Assembly: GCF_964355755.1 (NCBI RefSeq)
Contig: NC_092672.1
Span: 25,426,437 to 25,490,436 of the forward strand
Direction of reading: 5' to 3'
DNA: 64,000 nt
Origin: Antedon mediterranea
Lineage: Eukaryota > Animalia > Echinodermata
The stretch's first letter is position 1. Each line of letters begins with the position of its first letter. Both the position numbers and the translations under genes were made by a program. Shown one piece after another: positions 12,134 through 24,380 of this stretch. Below the pieces are notes generated by a model. That model ran no database searches. It was not told where the DNA came from and was given only the letters and a program-made list of their open reading frames with translations.

Positions 12134-12549
12134 TATAACAGTGCGAGGCATCGTTTTGAATCAACCAAAAAATGCGAGGCATCATTATCCTTTATCAAAA
12201 GTGCGATGCAGAGGAAGAAATCAACGAAATTGATGATGTAGACTAGGCCTAATACGTGGACAATAATGAAAATCGCTCGTTCTACTAAAGAAATATTGTA
12301 TGAATACAGCAATAATTGTTATAAAACATTGATTAAAATATTTTCCACATAGGCCTCTAGGTTAGGGCTAAGCATATTTGCTAAAGTGTGATTTTAGGCC
12401 TAGAATATGTTGATTGTCGAACGATTGAGTCCAGACGATTGGTAATCACAGCATATGCTCCGAAATGACAGAGAGAAGTCTGTGCGTTGCTAAAAACCAT
12501 GTGCCTCGCACTTTTGGAAATGATGAAATGATGTGTTTCGAAACTTCTA

Positions 12550-12752
12550 AGAATGCCAAAATTGGTAAACATTCATTACCTCTGTACTGTAATATGAACA
12601 CTGATGGAGAAGCATGGACGGTATATCAACATGTTTATCAATTGTATATAGTCAAGTACAGTGGATTAAACCACTATTTTATTCAGTGGACTGAAATTAG
12701 TCCATTAATTTCAAACATACATTTTTAGTTCTGTAGTTCAAATGGACTTGTT
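12550..12752 (+). pseudogene. Remnant of FBG N-terminal exon plus following intron
   Basis: AKIGKHSLPLYCNMNTDGEAWT corresponds to AKSGRNGLLVYCDMDTDGGGWT. The downstream intron resembles 3850-3995. Confidence 0.75.
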
Positions 12753-13070
12753 ACCACCGCTAATCTAAAAAACGCCAGCTAATGTCGAAACAACCGTTAA
12801 TGCAGAACAATCCACCACTAATGTAGAGGATATATTCAATATAAAAATACGTGGACAGAGAACAAGAAAACATCACACAAAACCAGGCAGAGACAGGATT
12901 CCTACCTATTGCACTGATTGTATAAAAAACTCCACTACATAAGCTGGTGTTGATTTTTATTTACTACATAAGCTGTTGGTGTCTCTACATTAGCCGGAGG
13001 TTTTACTACATTAGCGGTGGACTGTTCTACATTAACGGTTGCTTCGACATTAGCTGGCGTTTTCTACTAC
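12752..13070. mobile_element. Fold-back non-autonomous element with subterminal repeats
   Basis: AAAACGCCAGCTAATGTCGAAACAACCGTTAATG...CCACCACTAATGTAG is mirrored by CTACATTAGCGGTGG...CATTAACGGTTGCTTCGACATTAGCTGGCGTTTT. Confidence 0.7.
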
Positions 13071-13767
13071 AGGTGGACGGAAACCTCTTTTCTCACCACT
13101 GGTCAAGAAATTAATCATTATGAATATCTGAGCAACCACTGATGAGAAAGTGATAATTTTGGTCTCAAATTACTCGCAAAGTATATGTTTACATTTATTA
13201 TAATGTAATAACAATCATAAAACTTTAAATAATTCCCAATTTTGACCTTTGACATATAGCCGGCACAAACGCTTAGAGCACTTTTTTTCATATCATTTTT
13301 TTCATATCTCAGAAATTGTTTGGTTGATATGAGCGTAGTTGGTGTCAAAATACTCAAAAGATACATATTTATATTCACTCTCCTAATGGACAATTTTTGC
13401 CTAAAATGACTATGAAACGTTATTTTTTACCGTTGGTCAAGAAAATTGCCATATCAATATCTCATCAACTACTAGTCAGAAAGTTATAAATTTAGTTTCA
13501 AATTACTCGCAAAGTATATATTTATATTTGTTCAAAACTATAGAAATAAACAGAATGTTAAAAAACACCTATTTTGACATTTAACCTATAGCCTGCCCAA
13601 ACGCCTATCTATATGAGCACAATGGAAAAACAAATCTTCGCCTTGGATACATACATCAACTATCTCAGAACATGAAACGTAGATTTGATAACATCAGTTC
13701 TTACTATTACGATAATTGTTCAATATTTATATATTATAAAGGGTTTTGAAACAAAATTTCTAATTTA

Positions 13768-14190
13768 ATCGGTAGATTTTCCACCGTGCCGTAGAAGTAA
13801 TTTCCGGGTTCACGGTGTGTTCACGGGTTTAACTTGCAACTTCCTGGTTTCAACTAAATTGGCCGTTGGTGGCGATAGCCATTTTAGATTTTTTTTATTT
13901 TCGGACCACGCCTGTCAAGCGGTCAGTAGTCGAAAAATAAAAATTATACTGCAAATTAATAAAGATCAAATTAAATATAGTCATAAAGCATCAAAGCATA
14001 TAGTGGGAAATAGTATATAAAATTAAATCCGAAGAACTGATGATACAACTTTTTTTTTTTAAATCGAGTGAAACCCAGATAGCCAAGTTGTTGAGTAAGC
14101 TCAGGAGGAATAACCTAACTCCCGTTAGAACCCTGGGATACTTCTGCGCATGTTGCAAGCCGTCTAAAACATCTTCTTCCTTGGGCCAAA
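13768..14190 (+). mobile_element. Fragment homologous (inverted) to the interior of the Helitron at 38069-39249
   Basis: AAATTATACTGCAAATTAATAAAGATCAAATTAAATATA..GTCATAAAG...CGAGTGAAA.CC.GATAGC...TTGAGTAAGCT matches the reverse complement of ~38735-38892. Confidence 0.7.
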
Positions 14191-14567
14191 ATGGCCCAAT
14201 GTGTCGCGGAAGTTAGTCTCAAAAGACTAAAACACTAAAATAAATGTACTAAACTAAATAATGTATTAATTATACCAATTAGTGTGGTATTTAATTGAAT
14301 AAACTATTGTCTTCACTTCCTGGAGGATGAGCTCACACTCTAGTTTTGAATAACTAGCAAATATTGTTGTACACTCGTATTGATTGATATTGACAAAGGA
14401 CTCTATATTGGACCACTGATCAAGAAAATGGTCATACGAATATTTAGCAACCAGGTCACAGTGATAGCTTTGGTCTCAAATTAATAGGAATTAATATGTT
14501 TATTACTTTAAATTAAAGTCGAAATATAACAAGTTATGAAAAAGTGGAGACTTTTCAGTGGTAAATT

Positions 14568-14987
14568 TGTTGAACCCACAAGAAAACGCCCACAAATGGG
14601 AAACAACCACAAATGTGAAAACACATCACCCGTAAACGTGAAAATAGCGCCCACAAATGTGAAAAAAATACCAATTTATATCAAATTTAATGCTAGACTA
14701 AAGCCATTGTGATACTTAAGCTTAGTATTTTACGAGTTAATGTTCATATAGGCCTATTTATATACATTAATTTGTTGGTTTTTTTTTACATTTGTGGGTG
14801 AAAATTTCTTCTTTGTTTTACATTTGTGAACGATAGTGTCTTTTTTTTACATTTGCGGGTGTTAGCACAATTGTGGGCGATGATCGTTTTCACATTTGTG
14901 GGCGTTTTCACATTTGTGGGTGGTGCGTTTGTCACATTTGTGGTTGTTTTCACATTTGGGGGTGTTTTCAAATGTGTGCGTTCAACA
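14568..14987. mobile_element. Fold-back element with arrays of CCCACAAATGTGAAAA subterminal repeats
   Basis: TGTTGAAC...GTTCAACA ends. Left arm has CACAAATGTGAAAA repeats, right arm TTTTCACATTTGTG repeats. Confidence 0.7.
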
Positions 14988-17202
14988 TGGATTACCAGTG
15001 TAAATTGATATTAATCACGACAAGTTATTGAGAATGTAAATGTCCTTCACACCAACAATTGTTCTCGCAGCTATAGAATAAATTTCAAAATGTTTGTTTT
15101 CGATTGCTAGAAATTTGAGACTAAACTTAAAACTTTCTGATTAATGGTTGCTGAGAAATTGATATGGGCATTTTCTGGACCAAATGGTAAAAAATAGAGT
15201 TTCATGGTAACTTTTGGCAAACGTTTTCCATTAGAGTGTATAGAAATATGGATCTGCTTAGTATTTTGACACCAACAACTTATGAGATATGAAAAATTTG
15301 CTCCAAGCCAAAAATGTTTGTTCTGGCGGTATACCAAAGGTCAAAATTACGTGTTTATTGACACTTTTATGATTTTATTTACATTAGGGAAAATAAAAGC
15401 ATATACTGTGTGAGTAATTTCAGACCAAAATAATCACTTTCTAATCAGTTGTTGCTAAGATTGGCCAATTTCTTCACCAGTGGTAAGAAAATGGGCTTCC
15501 GTCCATTTTTGGCAAAAATTGTCGATTAGATGTGAATAGAAATATGACTAAGTAGTTTTTCACCAACATTTTTCCAATTCACCCAGTAGTTACCAAGTTA
15601 CTCACAGTTATGACTTTTACCATATTGACATTTTGGTCCCGGCATCTAATTTTTTTTTTTCAGCCAAAAACAAAAAAAAATGGTTTAATATAGTTTGCTA
15701 GAGGGTGCACGTGCAGGTAACCCTTTCTGGCTCCCCTACTAATTGAGTGTCAACTCGATTTTTTAAACCCTTGTTTTGATACAAGAGTACTTATGAATTC
15801 AACGTTATATTATATTCAGCTTCTCAGATTGAGTTTCTATGGGACATATATTGTACGGCTATGTTGTATTTTGAATGGAAACCTTATATTATAAAACCAG
15901 TTGGCCTAACGATTTAAATATTAACAGTTTTAAAATACATTCAATTCAAATTTCCACCATACATTTCCTTTTACGTGGCAATCGCTACACATTGAAAGGC
16001 CATTAGTCAACTTTAAAACACAATTACAGTATTTGAAATATGCGAATGAATAAATGTGTATAATTTTCTTTTATTTGTTTTTAAAGTTTGGAAAAATTAA
16101 TAAACATTATTATTTTTATAAATTATTAGTCAAAATGCTTTAAACCGATAGTGTTAAACTTTCTAGTGCAGATGGACCAAGATGTATACATTTCGTTAAT
16201 GCTTAGTACGGTAGGCCTAGATTATTTAAAACCTATTTATTTCGATAGGTGATGCTATGTATATACTATAGGTACAGGTTTCTAATTACTCTGGTTTCTC
16301 TGCATCACGCATAAATCTTTCGCCTTTTACTAAAGATTTCCGTGTAGAGGAACAACTATTGAGTTTCAACTCAATTTTTCTCAACCCTCTTTTTCGTACA
16401 AGGGTATTTATGAATTAAATGTTAGAATAATAATTAGTATTGTACGATCCGACAGCTTTTAAGACTGAGTTTCTATGTACGGTATGATGTTTTTCAATGA
16501 TTTCTTGATCCTGGCATTTGCTACATAGTCAACTAGTTAACTTTAAGTTACAATTATTTGAAATATGCAAATGATGGTATGTGTTTTTTTTGCCTTTTAT
16601 TTGTTTTAAAAGTTTGGAAAAATTAATAAACATTATTATTTTTAAAAATTTTAAGTAAAAATGCTTTTAAACCGATATTGTTAAACTTTCTAGTACAGAT
16701 GAACCAAGCTTTATACATTTCATTAATGTTTAGGCCTACATTATTTCAAACCTATTTATTTCGATAGGTGATGCTATGTATATACTATAGGTACAGACTT
16801 CTAATCACTCTGGTTTCTCTGCATCACGCATAAATCTTTCGCCTTTTACTAAAGATTTCCGTGTAGAGGAACAACTATTGAGTTTCAACTCAATTTTTCT
16901 CAACCCTTGTATTTGTACAAGGGTATTTATGAATTAAATGCTAGAATAATAATTAGTATTGTACGATCCGACAGCTTTTCAGACTGAGTTTCTATGTACT
17001 GTATGATGTTTTTCAATGATTCCTTGATCTTGTCATTTGCTACATAGTCAACTGGTTAACTTGAAGTTACCATTATTTGAAATATGCAAATGATGGCATG
17101 TCTTTTTTTGGCCTTTTATTTGTTTTAAAAGTTTGGAAAAATTAATAAACATTATTATTGTTATAAATTATAAGTCAAAATTCTTTAAACCGATATTGTT
17201 AA

Positions 17203-17746
17203 AGATGTATTGTCCCTTTGACTAATTCCAAAAAAAAAATTTTTTTTATTTAGAAAAAAAATAGGTCATTTTGAAGTATCATAATAGTTATTGACTTTCA
17301 CCAAAAATTAGTCGAAAAAAAAAATAATTTAACCGAAATACAGATGTTTTTTGTTCAAAAAATAACTTTGACTTCCAGTCAAAGTTTTCAATCAAAACAT
17401 ATCTCATAATTCAACGCACTTATTTGGCTACTCTGTATGCATAATCATAAAACTTCCTCGCGATCTGTGTGAAAACACCTTCTCAACCGTGACAAGTTGT
17501 AAACAATCCTAATTAGCATCATGCGTAATGCATATTCATGGTTTGAAATCTTTGTTTACTTTCGCTTGCGATGATTTCCCAGACGAAATATAATCTAATT
17601 AATTTACCTGTTAATTACGTAAAATTGTTGTTTTTGGCTCGAATTTTCGACTTAAAGTGAATAACTTTAATATTACTTTGATATGGCCAATTTAAATTTA
17701 GAATATTTTTTTTTTCATTTTTTGTGTTTCAAGGGACAATACATCT
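17203..17746. mobile_element. Non-autonomous TTAA-specific DNA transposon (Kolobok-like MITE)
   Basis: TTAA[AGATGTATTGTCCCTT...AAGGGACAATACATCT]TTAA. The empty site GATATTGTTAAACTTTC is seen in sister satellite units. Purine-purine 5' end with TTAA TSD favours Kolobok over piggyBac. Confidence 0.88.
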
Positions 17747-20700
17747 TTAAACTTTCTAGTGCAGATGAACCAAGCTTTATACATTTTATACATTTCGTTA
17801 ATGTTTAGTACGGTAGGCCTACATTATTTCAAACCTATTTATTTCGATAGGTGATGCTATGTATATACTATAGGTACAGGTTTCTAATCACTCTGGTTTC
17901 TCTGCATCACGCATAAATCTTTCGCCTTTTACTAAAGATTTCCGTGTAGCGGAACAACTATTGAGTTTCAACTCAATTTTTCTCAACTCTTGTTTTTGTA
18001 CAAGGGTATTTATGAATTAAATGTTAGAATAATAATTAGTATTGTACGATCCGACAGCTTTTCAGACTGAGTTTCTATGTACGGTATGATGTTTTTCAAT
18101 GATTCCTTGATCTTGGCATTTGCAACATATAGTCAACTGGTTAACTTTAAGTTACAATTATTTGAAATATGCAAATGATGCCATGTCTTTTTTTTTGCCT
18201 TTTATTTGTTTTAAAAGTTTGGAAAAATTAATAAACATTATTATTTTATAAATTATAAGTCAAAATGCTTTAAACCGATATTGTTAAACTTTCTAGTGCA
18301 GATGAACCAAGCTTTATACATTTCGTTAATGTTTAGTACGGTAGGCCTACATTATTTCAAACCTATTTATTTCGATAGGTCATGCCATGGATATACTATA
18401 GGTACAGGTTTCTAATTACTCTAGTTTCTCTGCATCACGCATAAATCTTTCGCCTTTTACTAAAGATTTCCGTGTAGAGGAACAACTATTGAGTTTCAAC
18501 TCAATTTTTCTCAACTCTTGTTTGTGTACAAGGGTATTTATGAATTAAATGTTAGAATAATAATTAGTATTGTACGATCCGACAGCTTTTCAGACTGAGT
18601 TTCTATGTACGGTATGACGTTCTTCAATGATTTCTTGATCTTGGTATTTTCTACATAGTCAACTGGTTACTGTAAGTTACAATTATTTGAAAAATGCAAA
18701 TGATGGCATGTCTTTTTTTGACTTTTATTTGTTTTAAAAGTTTGGAAAAATTAATAAACATTATTATTTTTACAAACTATTAGTCAAAATGTTTTAAACC
18801 GATAGTGGCAAACTTTCTAGTGCAGCTGGACCAAGAGTTATGCATTTCGGTAATGTTTAGTACGGTAGGTCTCCATGAATTCAAACCTATTTATTTCGAT
18901 AGGTGATGCAATGGATATACTATAGGTACAGGTTTCTAATTACTCTGGTTTCTCTGCATCACGCATAAATCGTTCGCCTTTTACTAAAGATTTCCGTGTA
19001 GAGGAACAACTATTGAGTTTCAACTCAATTTTTCTCAACCCTTGGTTTCGTACAAGGGTATTTATGAATTAAACGTTAGAATAATAATTAGTATTGTACG
19101 ATCCGACAGCTTTTCAGACTGAGTTTCTATGTACGGTATGATGTTTTTCAATGATTCCTTGATCTTGGCATTTTCTACATATATAGTCAACTGGTTAACT
19201 TTAAGTTACAATTATTTGAAATATGCAAATGATGGCATGTATTTTTTTTGCCTTTTATTTGTTTTAAAAGTTTGGAAAAATTAATAAACAATATTATTTT
19301 TATAAATTATTAGTCAAAATGCTTTAAACCGATAGTGTTAAACTTTCTAGTGCAGATGGACCAAGATTTATACATTTCGTTAATGTTTAGTACGGTAGGC
19401 CTACATTATTTCAAACCTATTTGTTTCGAGAGGTGATGCTATGTATATACTATAGGTACAGGTTTCTAATCACTCTGGTTTCTCTGCATCACGCATAAAT
19501 CTTTCGCCTTTTACTAAAGATTTCCGTGTAGAGGAACAACTATTGAGTTTCAACTCAATTTTTCTCAACCCTTGTATTTGTACAAGGGTATTTATTAATT
19601 AAATGTTTGAATAATAATTAGTATTGTACGATCCGGCAGCTTTTCAGACTGAGTTTCTATGTACGGTATGATGTTTTTCAATGATTTCTTGATCCTGGCA
19701 TTTGCTACATAGTCAACTGGTTAACTTTAAGTTACAATTATTTGAAATATGCAAATGATGGCATGTGTTTTTTTTTTGCCTTTTATTTGTTTTAAAAGTT
19801 TGGAAAAATTAATAAACATTATTATTTTTAAAAATTATAAGTAAAAATGCTTTAAACCGATATTGTTAAACTTTCTAGTACAGATGAACCAAGCTTTATA
19901 CATTTCGTTAATGTTTAGGCCTACATTATTTCAAACCTATTTATTTCGATAGGTGATGCCATGGATATACTATAGGTACAGGTTTCTAATAACTCTGGTT
20001 TCTCTGCATCACGCATAAATCTTTCGCCTTTTACTAAAGATTTCCATGTAGAGGAACAACTATTGAGTTTCAACTCAATTTTTCTCAACTCTTGTTTGTG
20101 TACAAGGGTATTTATGAATTAAATGTTAGAATAATAATTAGTATTGTACGATCCGACAGCTTTTCAGACTGAGTTTCTATGTACTGTATGATGTTTTTCA
20201 ATGATTCCTTGATCTTGGCAGTTGCTACATAGTCAACTGGTTAACTTTAAGTTACAATTATTTGAAATATGCAAATGATGGCATGTATTTTTTTTGCCTT
20301 TTATTTGTTTTAAAAGTTTGGAAAAATTAATAAACAATATTATTTTTATAAATTATTAGTCAAAATGCTTTAAACCGATAGTGTTAAACTTTCTAGTGCA
20401 GATGACCAAGATTTATACATTTCGTTAATGTTTAGTACGGTAGGCCTACATTATTTCAAACCTATTTGTTTCGAGAGGTGATGCTATGTATATACTATAG
20501 GTACAGGTTTCTAATCACTCTGGTTTCTCTGCATCACGCATAAATCTTTCGCCTTTTACTAAAGATTTCCGTGTAGAGGAACAACTATTGAGTTTCAACT
20601 CAATTTTTCTCAACTCTTGTTTGTGTACAAGGGTATTTATGAATTAAATGTTAGAATAATAATTAGTATTGTACGATCCGACATCTTTTCAGACTGAGTT

Positions 20701-21617
20701 TCTATGTACGGTATGATGTTTTTCAATGATTTCTTGATCTTGGCATTTTCTACATATTGTCAACTGGTTAACTTTAAGTTACAATTATTTGAAATATGCA
20801 AATGATGCCATGTCTTTTTTTTGCCTTTTATTTGTTTTAAAAGTTTGGAAAAATTAATAAACATTATTATTTTATAAATTATAAGTCAAAATGCTTTAAA
20901 CCGATATTGTTAAACTTTCTAGTGCAGATGAACCAAGCTTTATACATTTCGTTAATGTTTAGTACGGTAGGCCTACATTATTTCAAACCTATTTATTTCG
21001 ATAGGTCATGCCATGGATATACTATAGGTACAGGTTTCTAATTACTCTAGTTTCTCTGCATCACGCATAAGTCTTTCGCCTTTTACTAAAGATTTCCGTG
21101 TAGAGGAACAACTATTGAGTTTCAACTCAATTTTTCTCAACTCTTGTTTGTGTACAAGGGTATTTATGAATTAAGTGTTAGAATAATAATTAGTATTGTA
21201 CGATCCGACAGCTTTTCAGACTGACTGAGTTTCTATGTACGGTATGATGTTCTTCAATGATTTCTTGATCTTGGCATTTTCTACATAGTCAACTGGTTAA
21301 CTGTAAGTTACAATTATTTGAAATATGCAAATGATGGCATGTCTTTTTTACTCGGGGTACCCGAGTCTAGGACTTACTCATTTTCTCCTCTTCTTCCTCC
21401 ATCTGGACACTATTGAGTAAAAAGTGCGATTTTTTAAGTACTACTCCTCCCTTATTCGTTGTAGTATTGAGCTGGGATTTGGCATGAACATACTACAGGG
21501 ACATGTCCTCAAAGCTATAGAGCCGGATTTTTTATTTTTTGTTAATTAATTTGTTTAATTAAGAATCCACAATGTGTGACACACACCACAGCGTTATGTA
21601 GTTATATGGTTATATGT

Positions 21618-21689
21618 GGATTCTTGGCGTAGTGGTCATCACGTTTGCTTAACACGCAGAAGGTACCTGGTTCGAGCCCGGGCGAAACA
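21618..21689 (+). pseudogene. tRNA-Val(AAC)-derived sequence, copy A1
   Basis: A box TGGCGTAGTGG, anticodon arm TTTGC TT AAC AC GCAGA, B box GGTTCGAGCCC, followed by a T-run; acceptor stem imperfect. Confidence 0.8.
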
Positions 21690-21905
21690 TTTTTTTTTTA
21701 AACTTTATGGTGAAAAGTAGTGTATACGCAATATGATAATTATACACAGTATATATTATTTTTATTATTTTTTTAAATACTTATTTTGTGTAATCGGTAA
21801 TTATCACTTTTACACATGTTTATTTTTCTTTGTGCTTATTGCCATATTTATTTGTAATTTAAATGAATTAAAAAACTTTCTGTAACACACATTTTTAGTG
21901 TAAGT

Positions 21906-21977
21906 GGTTTTCGTAGTGTAGTGGTTGTCAAGTCTGCTTAACACGCAGAAGGTCCCTGTTCGAGCCCTGGCGAAACC
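21906..21977 (+). pseudogene. tRNA-Val(AAC)-derived sequence, copy B1
   Basis: GGTTTTCGTAGTGTAGTGG...TCTGCTTAACACGCAGAAGGTCCCTGTTCGAGCCCTGGCGAAACC; D and T stems have mismatches. Confidence 0.8.
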
Positions 21978-22139
21978 TCGGGTTTCTTTTACTTTATGGT
22001 GAAATAACTGTATACGTCTGTATACAGCTTCTTTTGCTGTACCCCGAGTATTGCACATTCGTGCTTTTTTGTTAATTAATTTGTTTAATTAAGAAGCCAC
22101 AATGTGTGACACACACCACAGCGTTATGTAGTTATATGC

Positions 22140-22211
22140 GGCTTCTTGGCGTAGTGGTTATCATGTTTGCTCAATACGCAGAAGGTACCTGGTTCGAGCC
22201 CGGGCTAAACC
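22140..22211 (+). pseudogene. tRNA-Val-derived sequence, copy A2 (anticodon loop mutated)
   Basis: Duplicate of A1; loop reads TCAATAC. Confidence 0.75.
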
Positions 22212-22421
22212 TTTTTTTTTAAACTTTATGGTGAAAAGTACTGTATACGCAATATGATAATTATACACAGTATATCTTATTATTATTTTTTTAAATACTT
22301 ATTTTGTGTAATCGGTAATTATCACTTTTACACATGTTTATTTTGCTTTGTGCTTATTACCATTTATTTGTAATTTAAATGGATTAAAAAACTTTCTGTA
22401 ACCCACAATTTTAATGTAAGA

Positions 22422-22492
22422 GGTTTCGTAGTGTAGTGGTTGTCAAGTCTGCTTAACACGCAGAAGGTCCCGGTTCGAGCCCTGGCGAAACC
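22422..22492 (+). tRNA. tRNA-Val(AAC)-like, best-preserved copy B2 (probably pseudogene)
   Basis: Perfect acceptor stem GGTTTCG/CGAAACC and perfect anticodon stem TCTGC/GCAGA with AAC; D and T stems flawed. Confidence 0.55.
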
Positions 22493-22920
22493 TATTTTTC
22501 TTTAACTTTCTAACTGTATACGTCTGTATACAGCTTCTTTCGCTGTACCCCGAGTATTGCACATTCGTGCTTGTTTTGCCTTTTATTTGTTTTAAAAGTT
22601 TGGAAAAATTAATAAACAATATTATTTTTATAAATTATTAGTCAAAATGCTTTAAACCGATAGTGTTAAACTTTCTAGTGCAGATGACAAGGATTTATAC
22701 ATTTCGTTAATGTTTAGTACGGTAGGCCTACATTATTTCAAACCTATTTGTTTCGAAAGGTGATGCTATGTATATACTATAGGTACAGGTTTCTAATCAC
22801 TCTGGTTTCTCTGCATCACGCATAAGTCTTTCGCCTTTTACTAAAGATTTCCGTGTAAAGGAACAACTGTTGAGTTTCAACTCAATTTTTCTCAATCCTT
22901 GTTTTCGTACAAGGGTATTT

Positions 22921-24380
22921 ATTTTTATTTTTTATTTTTTTATTTTATTCAATCAAAACCAACAGCGATAAATACCGCCACTAACAGGTTTGAAACATAA
23001 AACAATACAACATCAAAAACGGTTAACAATAAAATACAGATAATATATATATATATATATATAAAACATAGATTGGCATGCCATAAATAATTTCAATTAA
23101 AACAGGTTATGCAGACTGTTCAAGAAGTGAACACATCATCGTCCTCTTAAAATAACCAAGTCTATCATTAAAAATATCGATATGATTGCTATTTAGATTA
23201 TTAAATGTATAAGGTAGTCTATGAAAAAGTCCCCTCTTAGTACAGTCGACACGGCTAAAAGGAATATGCAATAAATGTCTATTTCGTGTACGACCAGGAA
23301 CATTTAAACTAAATAGTGAAATTAATGAAGTCATATTTAGAATTTAAAATATTATATAAAAAAACCATATCAGATATCGTTCGACGATTGCTGACAGAAT
23401 CAATGGAAAAGGCAAAATTAACACAGTTATAAGACAGGAATCGAACAAACTTCCGTTGAACAGTGTCGATTCGACGGGCCTGACATGGAGAAATTGAATT
23501 GAAAATTGCGGAACAATATTCAAGGTGAGGACGTATAATAGATTTGTATAAAGATAAAAATGCCCTGCCGTCGTTCATAAACCTACAATTTCTCCATATT
23601 AAGCCCATCATTCTATTAGCTTTTGACAACACATGATTAATATGTGAACAAAAATTTAATTTACTATCAATAAAAATACCTAAATCTTTCCATACATAAA
23701 CCATCTCAAGATCATGTTCACTCAGATTATAATTGAAGAGCACAGGCCTTTTTTTAAGTGTTATAGATAAATATTTGCATTTATTAGCATTAAGTTTTAT
23801 CCCCCACTTCTCCGTCCATTCCACGAGACCATCCAGATCCTCCTGAATTAAAAAAGCATCCTGTGGAGTGGTAATCACTTTAAACAATTTCAGATCGTCA
23901 GCAAATAAAAGAGACTCGGAATGATTAAATTTTAAAGGAAGATCGTTGATAAATAAATTAAACAAAAGCGGGCCCAGGATCGAGCCCTGCGGAATGCCCG
24001 ATAACACAGGGAGCCAATCAGATGTCTCTCCCCCAATGACAACACGCTGTTGTCTATTAGTTAAATAGCTTTTAAACCAACTTAACAGTGAACCGGATAA
24101 ACCAAATTTTGAAAGTTTAAAAATAAGCAAATCATGGGAAACGGAATCAAAAGCCTTAGAGAAATCAGTGTAAATCACATCGCACTGCTTCTTGCTGTTA
24201 ATTGCATCGTATGATGTAGCAAGAAGCAGTGCGAGGTTGGTTTGACATGATCTCCCAGAGACAAAACCATGCTGCCTAGGACTTAAAGCATTAGCAACAT
24301 GTGATGACAAACCATCATGCACAATGCGCTCAAAAATCTTAGACATAGTAGGCAATAACGAAATAGGACGATAGTTACAG
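22921..24380 (-). mobile_element. 5'-truncated CR1-group non-LTR retrotransposon inserted in the satellite
   Basis: RT ORF on the minus strand and 3' tail of (TAAAAA[A])n at ~22921-22948. Splits satellite motif AAGGGTATTT|ATGAATTAAATG. Confidence 0.92.
23107..24380 (-). pseudogene. LINE reverse transcriptase (truncated, frameshift near C-terminus)
   Basis: QHGFVSGRSCQTNL, DVIYTDFSKAFDSVSH, SGIPQGSILGPLLFNLFINDLP, LFADDLKL, DLGIFID, RPHLEYC. The C-terminus continues in another frame (23107-23334). Confidence 0.92.

Larger units (their letters stand above)
13074..15570. repeat. Composite interspersed repeat: related ~150-350-bp modules at ~13074, ~13430, ~14410 (+) and ~15230-15570 (-)
   Basis: Shared motif CCACTGGTCAAGAAA...GCAACCACTGAT.AGAAAGTGAT...TTTGGTCTCAAATTACTC, reverse-complemented at ~15400-15505. 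Confidence 0.6.
21349..22575 (+). mobile_element. Helentron-associated non-autonomous element (HINE/DINE-1-like) with duplicated 3' half and tRNA-Val-derived cassettes
   Basis: 5' subTIR TACTCGGGGTAC within hairpin ACTCGGGGTACCCGAGT. 3' subTIR GTACCCCGAGTA plus stem-loop GCAC-ATTC-GTGC occurs twice (22039-22064, 22545-22570). Inserted in the T-run of a satellite unit with no TSD. Confidence 0.85.

Noticed and set aside
14786-15008. Repetitive TNVKT / FTFVG ORFs
   Set aside because: Translations of subterminal repeats of a fold-back element.
21618-22492. Functional tRNA-Val gene cluster
   Set aside because: All four copies have stem mismatches or indels and lie within a transposon, so they are treated as tRNA-derived.
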